In this document: positions 1 through 12,923 of the stretch, piece after piece | Position numbering within the stretch: the stretch's first letter is position 1 | Layout of the letters: every line of letters starts with the position of its first letter | Assembly: GCF_036321535.1 (NCBI RefSeq) | Contig: NC_087436.1 | Span: 111,726,001-111,790,000, forward strand | Reading direction: 5' to 3' | From: Camelus dromedarius | Taxonomy: Eukaryota | Length of the DNA: 64,000 nucleotides | The notes under the pieces: model-generated | Told to the model about the DNA's origin: nothing | Seen by the model: the letters and a program-made list of their open reading frames with translations, nothing else | Database searches by the model: none | Program-made: the position numbers and the translations under genes

Positions 1-180
1 TAGAAGAATAGTTCATATACTGTATATTAAACAACAAACAACAAAAATTGATGGAAAAAAACCAAATAGATAAAAGTCACAAATTTGATTGGGATTTCCC
101 TATGTGATAAGAACTATTGTCTGTGCAATCCTTCAAAGTTTCAAAATGGCTCTCCCTCTTGTTCATTCACTTGATCCCCA

Positions 181-1036
181 CGATAACCTGTGGGGCACGT
201 AAGACAGGAATCATTAGCTTCAGTGAAGCAAGCAAGTCTCAGAAGGTGCACATTTCCAAGGAAACGTTATGGGCAAGTGATGATGCTGCTAGAGCATACA
301 GGTAACTAGATATGAACAGAGAAAGGGAGACATGGGACAAATGGCAGAAAACCATACATCTTGTGAGCAACGGGGGTCCTTGGACAGACCAAGAGAAACA
401 GGATCTTACAGACTGATTAAAAAAACCATACAAAAAGTTGACAAGTGTCCTGGAGTCAGAAGGGTGGGACAAGACAGGAATCCCCACATTCCAGATGTAA
501 CCTTTCGATCATTATGACCTCCTTCCAAATGTAACCTTTTATTTATGATACCTCCATACAAATGTTAACTTTTTGCTCATTATGACCTTATCCAACTTAT
601 TGATCAAGACTAAATAAGGACAAAAAAAATCGGGGGGAAGGTGTAACTCAGGAGGTAGAGTGCATGCTCAGCATGCACAAGGACCTGTGTTCAATCCCCA
701 GGGCCTCCCCTAAAAATAAATAAACCTAATTACCTCCCCCTCAACACACACACACACACACACACACACAAAGAAAGAGAAAAAAAAAAAGGACAAAAAA
801 ATCCCTCCTCCCCACCTGGGAAGAAGATTGGGGAAGATGACCCTAAACCCCTCCCTGCCAATGAATATTCTGCCCATTCATTTTTACACCTTGCCAAGGA
901 AACTCAAAGCAGCTCCCCACCTGGGTCTGCCTGGTTTTTCCTCAAGAGCATACTATCTATCACTCAATAAATCCTTGCTTTGCTTTCTTGACCTCCGTGT
1001 CTTGTTTCTGAATTGTTTCTGCAGCAGAATCTCTCA
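181..1036 (+). mobile_element. Solo ERV (probably ERV1-class) LTR, likely lineage-specific, interrupted by a SINE
   Basis: LTR-like layout: three ~33-bp internal tandem units (495-595), AATAAA at 966-971, then a pyrimidine-rich U5-like tract ending ...TCTCTCA at 1036. Possible 4-bp TSD ccca/tcca. The left end is uncertain. Confidence 0.6.
632..788 (+). mobile_element. tRNA-Ala-derived camelid SINE (vic-1-like), long form with (CA)n/A-rich tail
   Basis: Diverged A/B-box tRNA body (aactcaggaggtagagtgcatgctcagcatgcac...gttcaatcccc), tail ataaacctaattacctcccc-(CA)n-polyA. TSD aaggacaaaaaaa(a)tc at 616-631 and 789-803. Confidence 0.9.
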
Positions 1037-2199
1037 TCCACAAAAACACCAGGATTAAAGCGAGATTATTTCTTGCCAATTTCAGTGTTTTTTTTTTTTT
1101 TTTCCCCAATCACAGAATAGGACTTAGGAAATATGGCTATTCAGTAACAAATGCCAGGGACATCTGTCTTTCCATTTCCTAGGTGTGGTTGAGAAATTAA
1201 TCAGTTTGATAAGAGAAAATGCATTCCAGCATGAAATAATTAAATCATCTTCCCTCTTTCAAGGGAAAAAGGAAACCAGCAGTTTAGCTACTCAAAGAAA
1301 CCAACGGAGATGTGGAGGAAAATGAAAGCCAAGGAGCCTGTTGAAGAAGCCCTAAAGAGTAACACTGGTATCAAAATAGATACACATCAGGGAAAAGAGT
1401 GCAAGATTCCTGCCAGGCTCTACTTTTGTAAAGTATGCAGCTACATGTGGGTCTTTTGGTTGCAGGATAAATGGAGTCAGATGAAGTGCAATGCCACCAG
1501 ATTAAATCTGGGATGCCTAATTTCATGGAGCAGGTTTGGAATGGGGTGAAGGAGGGAATGCAAACTATTTGAGTAAAGACTTATAATTGGATGGGTCAGA
1601 GGAGCTATGTAGGGGAGTGATGAGTGATTAACTTTAATACAGAAAATAAAGGCCTTGAAAGTCAGGAGGAGGAACCTTATTGAAATAGATTTGTTAGGAA
1701 ATTGGAGTTAAAAATGGACAATTAAAAAATACTGCTACTGAATATGCAACTTTGTTAACCCAAATCAGTTGATATTACTGGAAAGGTTCACTTTTGGTTT
1801 GGATCCAGATTACAGAAGGAATATCAGTGGGAAAGAAACCAAAGTGCTTCAGGTGTCAAACTATTTGGAGATCTGGTGACCAGTTCAGTTGCTTTAATTT
1901 CTGAGATTCTGGGAATTCCATTGCCCCAGTACATTTCCTCTATGTAAGATTAAAAAAAATTGATATCAAAACATAAGAATGGAGATCAGCCAAGATGGTG
2001 GAGTAGAAGGAAGAATGATGATATCTTCAAGGAAATAAGACCCATTAATTTTATACCTAGCTCAGATACAAAAAAAATCAGAAAAACATTTTTGAACATG
2101 TAGTTCCTATGAGCCCTTCTTGAAGAAATTACTGGAGTCTGATTTTTAGCCAACAGAGATATTAGTCCATAGCAAAGAAATCCATAAAAAGAAACTATA

Positions 2200-3160
2200 G
2201 TAGGATAAAGACTAAATAAATATGAGTACAGAGTATTGAGTATAAATGCTATTAATATTAACAATGTAGAAACTATGCAAATTACAATATCTGGGAGAGA
2301 GGATGAGAAAAAATGAAGTAAGTGTGACTGTGCCTATGTCCTTATTTTTTATAACCAGGAGTAAAAATATGTCATTTAAAGATGATTAAGTCACATAATC
2401 ATATAATCATATAATCAACTAAATCATGTAATCAACTAAAATTAGAGAATGGAAAGATGTGGACATGTATCAATTTTGTCACTCTTATAGAAATTCAACT
2501 GATGCTATCTAAGGAAAAATAGGCTTGAATCTATTATGTTGTTGTGATTATAAAGAAATTATATACAGAAATATGTAAACCTTCCAAATGATCAAAGGAA
2601 CACAACACATACTATAGAATGAAAGATTTTTAAAAAGTGGAGAAAATCTATGCAAAGAGAAAGCATGCCATAGTGCCATGATTAAAACTAAACACATCTA
2701 ACATGTCTATAACTGCAATTGGGACAAATACTATAATTTAAAAAACAAAAAATTGAATTACAAAGCAAAAGCCAATTACATGCTAATAAAACAGACATTC
2801 AAAACAAAGAATGGGTGAAAATAAAAGAATTAGAAAAGGCATACTAGGCAAAAAAAACAGTAAACAAAAATAAGAGCAGAAAGTAATTAAAAACAATTGG
2901 TGAACTAACAAAGTAAAGCTGAGTTTTTAAGGGAGGGGCACAATAAATAGATAAACCACTGGGTAACATAATCAGAAAAAAGAAACACAAATTAAATCAT
3001 GATGTAAGTTATTACAGACATAAATATTATGAATGTTTGCTAAATAATGTGCAAATAAGTGGAAAAGTTGAATAAAATGAATATAATGAATGATTATCTA
3101 GAAAAACATAGATCACTAAAACTGACCCCAGAAGAAATAGAAAATCAAAAAGACAAAATA
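2200..3160 (+). mobile_element. Ancient L1 (L1M-class) remnant, first piece of a fragmented copy
   Basis: A-rich strand bias. ORF 3059-3250 (MNDYLEKHRSLKLTPEEIENQ) resembles L1 ORF2 'MDKFLEKYNLPKLTQEEIENL'. Confidence 0.7.
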
Positions 3161-3212
3161 CCATTAGATGTAGATGGACATGTTTACATATACAAACCCA
3201 CACTCATTAGAA

Positions 3213-3940
3213 CAGAAGTGGATTCTGGTTTTTTGGATCTCAATGCTTAAACAATTTTGTCACCTACTTTATAAAAAAGATACAAGTTTCTGGAACAAAC
3301 CAAAAATAGCAAAGTGAATGTTTATTTGAAATGAAAAAAAGAAAAAAAGGAAAAGTTACAAACACTAAACTCAAATGCAAATAGTATAAAACTCAGGTAA
3401 ACAATATACTATTTTAATTAATTTATCTATAATATAATACATTTTCTTCTAAAGTTCTTGGCTATGTACTTTGTGATCTCTTCATATAACAATGCTTTTT
3501 GAACATCATTCTCTACAGAAGGCAAGGAACCAATTTGTTATTTCCTCTAGCAATCTTTTCCAAAATTTGTTTTTTAGCACTGTCTCTTTCAGTGTCTTTC
3601 AGCTTCACAGCTCATTACTGATAATATTAAAACATTTTAGGATTTTTGGCAAATTTGGAAAAGCCACTATTAAGTTTCTTTCATACATGATCTTGTGGTA
3701 GCTCACAGTGAAAAAGAATGCAACAATGAATATATGTATGTTCATGTATGACTGATAAATTGTGCTCTACACTGGAAATTGACACAACATTGTAAACTGA
3801 CTATAACTCAATTAAAAAAAGTTAAAAAAGTTTCTTTCATATATGAGATATGTATTTGCAGGTATTTTAAATTTTCCTGTGTAATGTTTAATCTTAAATT
3901 TTGTTTGAATTGATGTTACTCATTACCTAGAGCAATGTAA
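3213..3940. mobile_element. hAT-Tip100 (MER45/Zaphod-like) DNA transposon fossil
   Basis: cagaagtggattctggttttttggatctcaatgcttaaacaatttt resembles the MER45-type terminus. AT-rich body, split by a young L1 tail. Confidence 0.5.
3691..3827 (+). mobile_element. Young camelid-type L1 3' end, 5'-truncated
   Basis: Ends ttgacacaacattgtaaactgactataactcaattaaaaaaa. 19-bp TSD aagtttctttcata(c/t)atga at 3672-3690 and 3828-3846. Confidence 0.9.
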
Positions 3941-4349
3941 GGAATCTCCTTACATCCAAGATAGTCCCTGAAGAAGATGGCAGCTGGAGACTATCTTCTG
4001 ACTACATTCCCTTCAGTTGAGATTTGAGTCCCCACATGAAGGATGGATTTGAGTGGCACATCTCCAAGGCTACCATGTTGCCCTTAGCTAGATTCCCAAA
4101 AAGTTTCTGCAGATGCTCCAACATCACCTGACAAAACCGGAAGAGTGGCATAGAAATTAGCATGGAAAGAGACAGTTGCCTTAGCCAATTATGATTAAAG
4201 ACATCTTACTTTGCAGATTTCAGAAAAACATATGACCATGTGGACCAATTTCTAGGGCCTTCCTAGGGACTTGTTTGGGTCCCATGCATGAGGACTTAAA
4301 AAGGCTTAAGTCTCATTAGCATACATTAAGCATGTGAATGTAGTCAAAG

Positions 4350-6720
4350 TGTTACATCCCCTAAAAGCAATCTTCTCAGATGATTTCACAGAGTAATTCC
4401 ACCAAACCTGTAAGAAAGAGGTTAATCCAGTCCAACCTAAACTATTCCAGAACACAGAAGTATACAGCAGTTTTTGAAGTTCTCTTTTTAGGAGCTTAGC
4501 ATAATATTGAAACATAAATCTTATAGAAAAAGAGAAAAGTAACTTGCAGAACAAACTAATTTACATATATTAATAATTACCATGAACTGAATTATATCTC
4601 CCCCAAATTCATATGTTGACATCTTAGCCCCTGAAGTAGTGGTATTTAGAGGTGGGGCCTTTGGGAGGTGATTAGGTTCAGATGAGGTCATGAGGATGGG
4701 GCCTTTGGATGGGATTAGTGCCCTGTAAGAAGAGAAACTAGAAAGAGACTCTCTGTCTCTCTCTCCACCATGTGATGACACAGCAAGAAGGCAGCTGCCT
4801 ACAAGTCAGGAAGAGGACTGTCCCCAGGAACTGACTCAGCCAGCATGTTGATCTTCTTGGACTTTACAGTCTCCAGAATTGTGAGAAATAAAGTCTGTTG
4901 TTTAAGCCACCCAGTCTTTGGAGTTTTGTTACAGCTGCCAAGCTGACTAAGACAATAATGAACAGAATCCAGAAGCACTTGAAAGAATAATGCACTAGAA
5001 GTAAGTGGCACTTACTTCCAGAGTGTTGACGGGTTCAGAAATCCATCCATGCAATTCGCCACAGAAACAGGTCAAAAGAGAATCATTGTATGATCGTCTC
5101 TAAAGATGCTAAAAAGACACTGGATAAAATTTAGAAGCTCATCTTAATAAAAACGTTAATAAACAGAAAAGATGAATATTTCTTTACATGGTATATAGCT
5201 ATATGAATACATATTTTAAATATACTTTACCCTTAAAATCAACACCATGTTTAATGAAGAAGCAATAGAGAAATTCTCATTAAATTTAATTCCAACAGGA
5301 TTTTTGGTGGAATCCAGATAAATTGAGTATAAAGTTAATACAGAAATTAAACAAACAAGTAAAGTCAAGAAAGTGCTGGAAAAGAGTAACAAGGGGAAAT
5401 CTAGATTTTCCAAGTATTCCAACATATTATACATCTACACTATTTAAAACAATATGGTACTGCTACATTGCTATTTATAGACAGAATAGTGACATATATC
5501 AGGAATCCCAGAATATAAGCCCATATACATATGAGAACTTAAAATATTGAAAAAGAGATTAAAATGTTGTTCAAAAATGGAGTTGGGAAAATTGGGTAGC
5601 CATCTGAAAAGAAATAAATAGCTGGCTATCGACCACAACTTATACATAAAAATGAGCTCTGTATTTTTAAAAGATGCAATACAAATTGAAACCATAAAGC
5701 ACTAGAAGAAAATATGGAAGAATTCTTAAAAATAATCTTGTGTAGAGAAAGCCATTTCTTTTTTACCATAACACAAAACCAATACAAAAAACTTACAAAT
5801 TTGACCACGCAAATGTAAAAGTAGAATTGCACAAAGAAAAAAATAAAATCAAAAGACAAACCACAAAGTAGGAGCAAATATTTGCAACTCATATTGCAAA
5901 TGTAGGGATTCTCTCTTTTTTGGAGAACCTCTATAAATCAATAAGAAAATGACAAAAACCTTAAAAAAAACGGCAGAAGATTTTAATAGACAGTTCACAA
6001 AAATCAGAAATACAAATGTAAAAAAGTGTTCAGACGAACAATAAAAGAAACACAAATTAAATCTGCAAGGTACCATTTTCTACCTATCACACTGATAAAG
6101 TTAGGAACATTTAGTAACTTTCTGTGCTGGCAGGGAGGAAAGAGGAATAGGAATTCTCTCACACTGGGAGCACAATCGTGCATTCTCCTTGGAGGGCAGT
6201 TTGGCAATACTGATTCATTTTACAAATGTCCATTTCCTTTAATCCAGGAATTTCATGCCTAGAAATTTATCCTTTTAATGCAAATCAGGTTGAATCAAAT
6301 CACGCTGTTGTTCAGGTAGACCAAAAATGGTTCACTATCTGCAGTTTTACCTGTTCCAATTCAAAACCTGAAAATCATCAAAGTAATGAATATGCAAAGA
6401 AAACATACAATAGAAACATGTCTATCAATAGGGGACTCATTAAGTCAGTTATGGTACATCCTTTCATTGTAAGACCAAGTAAATATTTTTTAAACGAAAA
6501 AGTATTTTCATTCATCCTGATGTGGAATAATTCCATGTTACATTGTTCAGTTAGCAAAATACTATGCACAATAAGCCAACATTTGTGTAAAATTATAAGA
6601 TACATATATTCATGTATATTTCCCATGTATGCAAAAAATGTCCCTCGTATGCTACATAAGAAAATCATTATATTGTTTGCTTTTGGAGAGGAAAGCTCCA
6701 TGAGTCGGGGCAGGGATGCA
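4350..6720 (+). mobile_element. Ancient L1 ORF2 and 3' region remnant (continuation of the fragmented copy), split by MLT1A
   Basis: gatgatttcacagagtaattccaccaaacc (DGFTGEFYQTF-like), atgatcgtctctaaagatgctaaaaagacactggataaaatt (MIISIDAEKAFDKI-like), then degenerate C-terminal and 3' UTR motifs. Many stops and deletions. Confidence 0.8.
4578..4954 (+). mobile_element. MaLR solo LTR, MLT1A/MLT1A0
   Basis: Typical motifs caaattcatatgttga, ggtggggcctttgggaggtgattagg and gagaaataaa...tttaagccacccag; ends ctaagaca. 5-bp TSD ataat on both sides. Confidence 0.9.
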
Positions 6721-6804
6721 GGAGTATTGCGTAACTTTTGCAAAAAAAAAAAAAATTGCAAAGAAGAAACAACCTAAGATATGAACTTTAGTAACACAGA
6801 AATT

Positions 6805-7280
6805 TATTTATTTTATTAAGTAGGTATTTATCAAGTAGTTACACTCTATGCTAGGCATAGTTTAAATTGTCAAGTGGTAGCCATAAATAAAAAAGACAAA
6901 TTCCCTGCTTTTCTGGTGATGACATTGGTACAGGGAGAAAAATAGTAAGCAAATAAGCATATATACTTTATAAGCATATACAGAGGTGATAAGCACCATT
7001 AAGTAAAATAAAGCAAAGTCGGGAAATAGGACAGTCTGTCTAGTAATGCAACATGTGTGCAAAAGAAGCCGTGAAAATCTAAGGGGCAGATATTTCCAGA
7101 CAGAAGCAAAAGTGAATACAAAAGCCCTGAGGCATGAGTCGCCTGGTGTATTTGAAGAACAGTAAGGAGACCAGTGAGGCTGGAAGTGGGAGGTCTGGGG
7201 AGGGAGCGAGAGCTGCTGAGGGCAGAACATTGGGGGCAAATCACGTCGGCCTTTAGAACTGACACTGAATCTGGCAGTCA
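6805..7280 (-). mobile_element. L2 (L2a-like) 3' region
   Basis: atttatcaagtagttacactctatgctaggcatag and aaagccctgaggcatgagtcgcctggtgtatttgaagaacagtaaggagaccagtgaggctgg match the reverse complement of the L2 3' end. Confidence 0.8.
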
Positions 7281-8429
7281 CTCACTGCAGCTCCAGCCCT
7301 CAATAAGGAAGAGAATTTGAAGGACAGCAAGATGTAGAGATAAGCCCAGACAGGAGGAGGATGGGGAGTCCCCGGACCGAAGGGAAGGCAGACAGGGAGG
7401 GTGGCCGGAGTGCGGTGGGCCTCAGGCTGTCTTTCAGAGACTGATTGAAGCAGCTGAAGGGGTCCGTCTGGCAGAGAGAGCCTGAGGCCCGGACTCAACG
7501 CCAGTGCTTATGAGCTGGTCAGGGGAACACACGGGGAATTGCACCTATTTTTTTTCATGTGGAAACCAGTCCCCACATAAACACGAGGTTTCATGTCTTT
7601 GTTTTCTAGAAGTTCAATCTTCATCTAACAAAGAGACCCTTGCTGTTCACCTCCTCTGGATATTTACTGTGATTCTGTACAGATCTTGAGCATCTTAGTT
7701 GCACAAATGCTGTAAATGCTTCTGTAGATGTTCAGTGTTTTACTGGATAGATTGTGATCTTCTCAAATATGCCATCAGCCTCCTTACAAGTTGCCTTTTT
7801 GAAGCTTGCTGACTTAAAGCTCCAAGTCTCTGCCTTGCTGGGCATTGAAATGTCTCATCTCCCTCACTTTGTGACTTGAGGCTTCTCTTCCCCTACACAA
7901 AACAGATGAACATGGGAGAGTTCTTGTATTAAACTCAGGTATGAAAGAAAATTTGTAAAATTTTGCATTAGGGAATCATGCTGCGGAGAGCCTGGTCCAA
8001 GGGACCACTGGGTTCCTTTCTCCTGTGATGTAGTTCTTATAAACAGCAAAGTCTTCTGATTTTAAGCTGGTAGAGTTCATAAGAGGATAGAGGGACTTTT
8101 CAGGGCAATGAAAGATGAAACTTTCTAACAAAAGTGTTCAACATTGACACATGGTGCTTTAACAAGTAGAGAGTATCCAAAAAGGATCTAAGTGACCCTT
8201 CCCAGACAGGCTGAAAAGAACTCATGAGTAGGTAGAACTTTGTGTTAAATATCTTGAGGGTTTTTTTTCCAACTCTGACATGCTATGAAAGCATGCTATG
8301 AACGTGTCATTCTAAAATCCTACTTTTGCTTTTGTATTTAATATTTCATCAGATCCATCTGGATCCTACTCATGGGACCAGAACTAAGTAAAAATTTCCC
8401 CCCTCACAGACAAAGGAGGATGTAAAGGG

Positions 8430-8850
8430 TGTCCTAGGCTGAGTTTGCCAGAAATCAAGCCCTGAGATAAGGAAGCATTTCTAGAAGATACTAGGAAGGC
8501 AGTGGAGAAGCAGGGAAGGAAGTGGCATGAAATCAAGCAAGGATACTATTCCAGGCAAAGTCCCAGCCTCAGTCCGATCCTATGGGGAACTTTGGAGTAT
8601 AAATTACTTTTAAGAATTTGCCCCAACTTAAGGCACAGGAGCTGGACTTTCCAATTCCCATACCAGCTAGTCATTGGCTAAGATGCATGGGGGAGGATAT
8701 AAACTCCTTGGCTTTCTGTGCTTGTGGAGAAAGGAGCTTCAGTAACTCAAGGGAGGACCTCTGAAGAGAGTCACAGATCTAGATCATTGGAAGTAAAATC
8801 ACACAAAATCCGGGGGAAGGACAAATAGCAAAGTTAAAAGGATCCAAGTG
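8430..8850 (-). mobile_element. Old ERVL/MaLR LTR (subfamily uncertain)
   Basis: Starts tgtcctaggctgagtttgccagaaatcaagccctgagataagg; internal ccagctagtcattggctaag motif. Confidence 0.55.
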
Positions 8851-8852
8851 GG

Positions 8853-8986
8853 TATATCTACACACATATACATATGTATATGTACATACACATATATAAC
8901 ATACATATTACATGTATATGTATGTACAATATTACACATATATCTATGTATTATGTATATATACATATATAGATATAGATATAGAT
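8853..8986. repeat. Degenerate (TA)/(CATA)/(TAGA) microsatellite
   Basis: Directly visible low-complexity tract, at the position where MLT2 elements carry a microsatellite. Confidence 0.85.
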
Positions 8987-9320
8987 ATTTATTTTAAGGA
9001 ATTGGCTTCAATGATTGTTGGGGCTGACAAGTCCAAGATTTATAGGGCAGGCTGGCTGGCTGGAAACACAGGCAGGGGCTGATGTTGGTCTTGAGGCAGC
9101 ATTTCCTCTCCTCTGGAAAACCTTAGTTTTTCTCTTAAGGCCTTCAATCAGTTGGATAAGGCCTACCCACATTATCAAGGGTATCTCCTTTACTTTAGGT
9201 CACTCGATTATAGATGTTAACTATCTTTACGAAGTACCTTCGTGGCAAACATCTAGATCAGTGTTTGATTAAACCACTGGGTACTAGCCTGGCCACGCTG
9301 ACACAGACAACTGACTATCC
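8985..9320 (-). mobile_element. ERVL LTR, MLT2D-like
   Basis: ttttaaggaattggctt...cttaaggccttcaatcagttggataaggcctacccacattat...tagatcagtgtttga...gctgacaca. A sister copy lies at 60250-60650. Confidence 0.85.
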
Positions 9321-10129
9321 TAGGGAGTATTTTGACCATCACTAAGGGTCTTTCCAAAAGTTAAAGGCATTTTGTGAATTTTAGCAATGCATGCTAGAAA
9401 ATACAGAGAATGAGTATTCTAACCAACTTTTTTAGGTTGCTAGCTACTCATATTCTTGTGCAGAACCAGGATCCAAACTTAGTCATCTGCTAACCCACAC
9501 TTGGATTAAGAATCTCACCATTGAGCTTGGTTTCGAGAATGGCATCTAATGAAAACCTGATGCTATATTTACATTAAGGAATCAAGAACAAATTCATTAC
9601 TGAAAGCCCAGCTTATAGTTTTTTTGGGAATGAATAATCATCTATTGGCTAAAGGAAGACTGTGTCTACCTGGGAATTTTCATGGTGTAAAAGCATTGAC
9701 TGAGTGAATCTGCTGCCAAACAAGACCTGAAATCATGGGAACTTCATGAGCACTGTCATTCTTTTCCTTAATGTCTGGCAGGTATGACTGTAATAATACA
9801 CAGGAGTCATCCATTTCCAACAAATGATGGTTATATTTGATGAGAGAAACTTAGCCCTGACTTTATCTAGGTTGATGGTTCTCAATTTTTCCCCCTCAAC
9901 GTACCAGAAGGATATAACTTTCTCTCATTAGCAGGAGAGGCTCTTTACAGAGTTCACAAGGGAACAGTCGCACAAAGCATCTCAGTGTAGAGGGCAGAGG
10001 GAAGTTACATAGCATGGTTCTGCTGCATCTCCCCAGTGTGTATTCCCGTGGAGAATTACTCCTCCAAATAACAAAGTTGTGCTTAGCAAGTTGTCCTACA
10101 TACAGTAGATATTCAATATATGTACTTTG

Positions 10130-10601
10130 TGTTAAAGAAACAATTATTCTAACACTTCTTAAAATGGTAGTGCAGATTGCATTCAGGACTATTGTGATAA
10201 GTATGGGGACTGCTTCAGCGGGATTTTGCAATAGGGGCAAGAGAGCAGGTTAAATTCCAAATAAAATAAGAAAATATGGGGATTTATAGCCAAGGAGCAG
10301 GATAAAGGTGGGTGGATGGAAAATTACTAAGATAAAACATCAGACATAGGGAGATTCTTGCTAAACCAACTTAAGAGGATTCTTGCTGAAGGCAGGCCAA
10401 GGGACTCAGACATCACCTGCAGAATGGTGGGAAATTTGATCAGCTGTTGAGGGTGGAGGATTCTCTCTAAACTGAGTTAGCAGGATTCTTGCTCAAACTG
10501 GACTCTACAAGGACAGAGACAGAAGCCCAAGTTCAGGCCTAGGTTAGCAGAGAGCTCAGAGGACCTTGACTAAAGATTGGCTAAAGAGAAAATCTTTGTC
10601 A
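10130..10601 (-). mobile_element. ERV1 solo LTR, MER31/MER67-like
   Basis: TG...CA termini (tgttaaag ... atctttgtca), four internal ggattcttgct-type repeats, 4-bp TSD tttg/cttg. Confidence 0.8.
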
Positions 10602-10779
10602 CTTGAGTAGAATTGAATGTGCTGGAACGTCTACTGAAGTTTGAATAATCAAGCTGGATAAGCTTTAAGATTTCTTCTCTTGACCCTTTCCACGGGCCCT
10701 GAGACCTGAACTGCAAATGGTGCTTTCATTAACGAATCTGTTCTTAGAAATCTAGAGTGAAGCAGCAGTTTCTTCAAGG

Positions 10780-11343
10780 TGCTATATAATTATTCCACAG
10801 CCACAATAATGCTGCAAGATGAACAGCCACAAATCCTCTGTGACAAACAGCAATCACTGTATATGTGTGTTGTGAGTCTCCAAGGTTCAGCTGATTCGGA
10901 TTGGGGTCTGCTGACTTTGGCTGGGTTTGCTCCCATGTCTGCAGTTGTTGCAAGTCAGCTAGGTGGCTGGGCTGGCTTCAAGTCTGAGGGCTGGCTGGCT
11001 GTTGACTGATCTTGGATGGCTTCATCTGATGACACGAATGCAGCACAGCTCTACTTGGCATGTCTCGTTCTCTAGGGAGCTGGCCCACGCAGGTCCTCAC
11101 TGCAGTTCATGAGTGCAAGGACAGGCAGAAACGGCCAAAGCCCCCATGGCCCAAGCTCTGAATTGGATTGTAGTCACTTCTACTGCTTTCTATTGGCCTT
11201 AGCAAGTCACAAGGCCAACCCACGTTCAATTATGAGGAAATAGACTTCACCTCTTTAGTGAAAAGAACTGCAAAGTCACATGTAAAGGGACTGGGTACAT
11301 TGAGGATTGAAAAGCAGGCCATTATTACAATTAAACCTACCAT
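10780..11343 (-). mobile_element. MaLR LTR, MLT1F/G/H-like
   Basis: tctattggccttagcaagtcacaaggccaaccc...gaaatagacttcacctcttt...gaactgcaaagtcacat motifs. Confidence 0.75.
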
Positions 11344-12729
11344 GGGCTCCAAATTACTACCATGAGATCAAACTCTGTTTTCTGGTCCACCCACATCAAC
11401 TGACTATCATCCCCAGTAATAAACTGGGAACAAAGTAGCAGGAACTATTGTCCTTTATCTCTAAGTGAAAGCTCTGACAGGTCAAGGGGCATTGTGTTAG
11501 CCGGTGTTGGTCCAAATTCAGGTGACCTTCTGGGGCATTGGGAACAAGGCTGAAATACCCCAACTCCTGCCTTCCCCTCCCCTATATCCTTCAAGTCTAA
11601 GTCATTGGTTGTCTTGCCAAGTGTACTATTTTATTCCTTATGTCTTGTTAACATCATACTTTAATTAGCAGGAGACTCTCCAAGCTTTGAAATTGCCCGT
11701 CACTCTGTAAGTGCTCAATAAATGGTAGCTATTATCATTACAGTGAAGATATTCAGAATAAGGTGCTCTATTTTGGAACAAATCCAAAGTTCCTCAGTTA
11801 GTAAAGCACAAAAAAGGCCTTTTTATAAGCCCGCCTGACCCATCATGAGTGGTCCCCCAGGACTGCTATGTAAGATGCTGGGAGAGGCGCTCCATTGCGA
11901 AAGCTGTCTCTTAGGAACATCATCCAGCTTTTAGTTGTGAGAACTATACTCAGACATTTGTGACTGCTCATTTTATTCAACTTTCACACCTCCACAAACT
12001 TAATTCAATGTCATTTTCTTATGGGACTCTTGTAAAAGAGGGAAGAGGGTGCATTAAACAAACAAAACTCTTAATTTTTTCCAGCCATTAGGAGTTAATT
12101 TATCAGTGCTTTCATACGTAATTAATGGTCTCACACAGTTTGTGACAGCTGGTTTGTTACAGCCAAAACCAACCTTACTAAGTTAAGATTTGGAGCTTTG
12201 CCACAAGAGGCTAGTTAAACCTGTCAGTAACTCCTCATTTAATATTTTAATAGGCTTTTTTGGCACGGGAGCCATTTGCCTGGACTCACTTTCCTCTCAG
12301 TGCAAAAAGGCATAAGCTGAGCTTCATCACGCTGCATATCCTCATCTTGTCACAAACGCTCAGAGAATGGGGGTTTGAAAGGTCAAATCAACAGAGAAGA
12401 GAAGTTTATGTAAAATCTCAAATAAAAACATGATGAAAGTACAGATATAGCGTTCAGCACTGGCAGCTCATAAAACAAAAAAAAAACATGTTAACTTGTC
12501 CTATCAACAAGTCTTTTTCCCCAAACATACCAAAATAAAAAAGCTTTAGAAATAATGGTTAAGGGCACAGTTGTTTGTACGGATGGCAGTGTTAATTTGG
12601 TCTCCTTTGAGAAGAGAATTCCAATATATTGAGCCCCTACCATGTTATATATTGTGTCCCTGTCAATGATCTTATTTGTTCCTGGCAAAGGTTTGCCTGC
12701 TCTGCAAACTTGTAATTTCTGTCTCCAAA

Positions 12730-12830
12730 GAAGAAGGAGAAACTGAGGCTCAAGAGGGAAGGTGATTGGCTGGTCTCATGGCTGCTCAAGACAGAGCCAG
12801 ACTGAACTCAAGTGCCTAATTCCAAGGCAT
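12730..12830 (-). mobile_element. MIR fragment
   Basis: gagaaactgaggctcaagagggaaggtgattggc MIR core. Confidence 0.7.
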
Positions 12831-12923
12831 GTGGGGCAGGTCTTCTCCACTTTGTAAGGGTGGATAATTCACTCTACATAAGGAACTTAGAATCCAAGAC
12901 GTTCTTTATATTTTTGTTGATGG

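Noticed and set aside
10350..10505. Spaced direct repeats (ggattcttgct) resembling a CRISPR-like array
   Set aside because: Short, irregularly spaced and internal to a MER31/MER67-type LTR; eukaryotic context with no cas genes.
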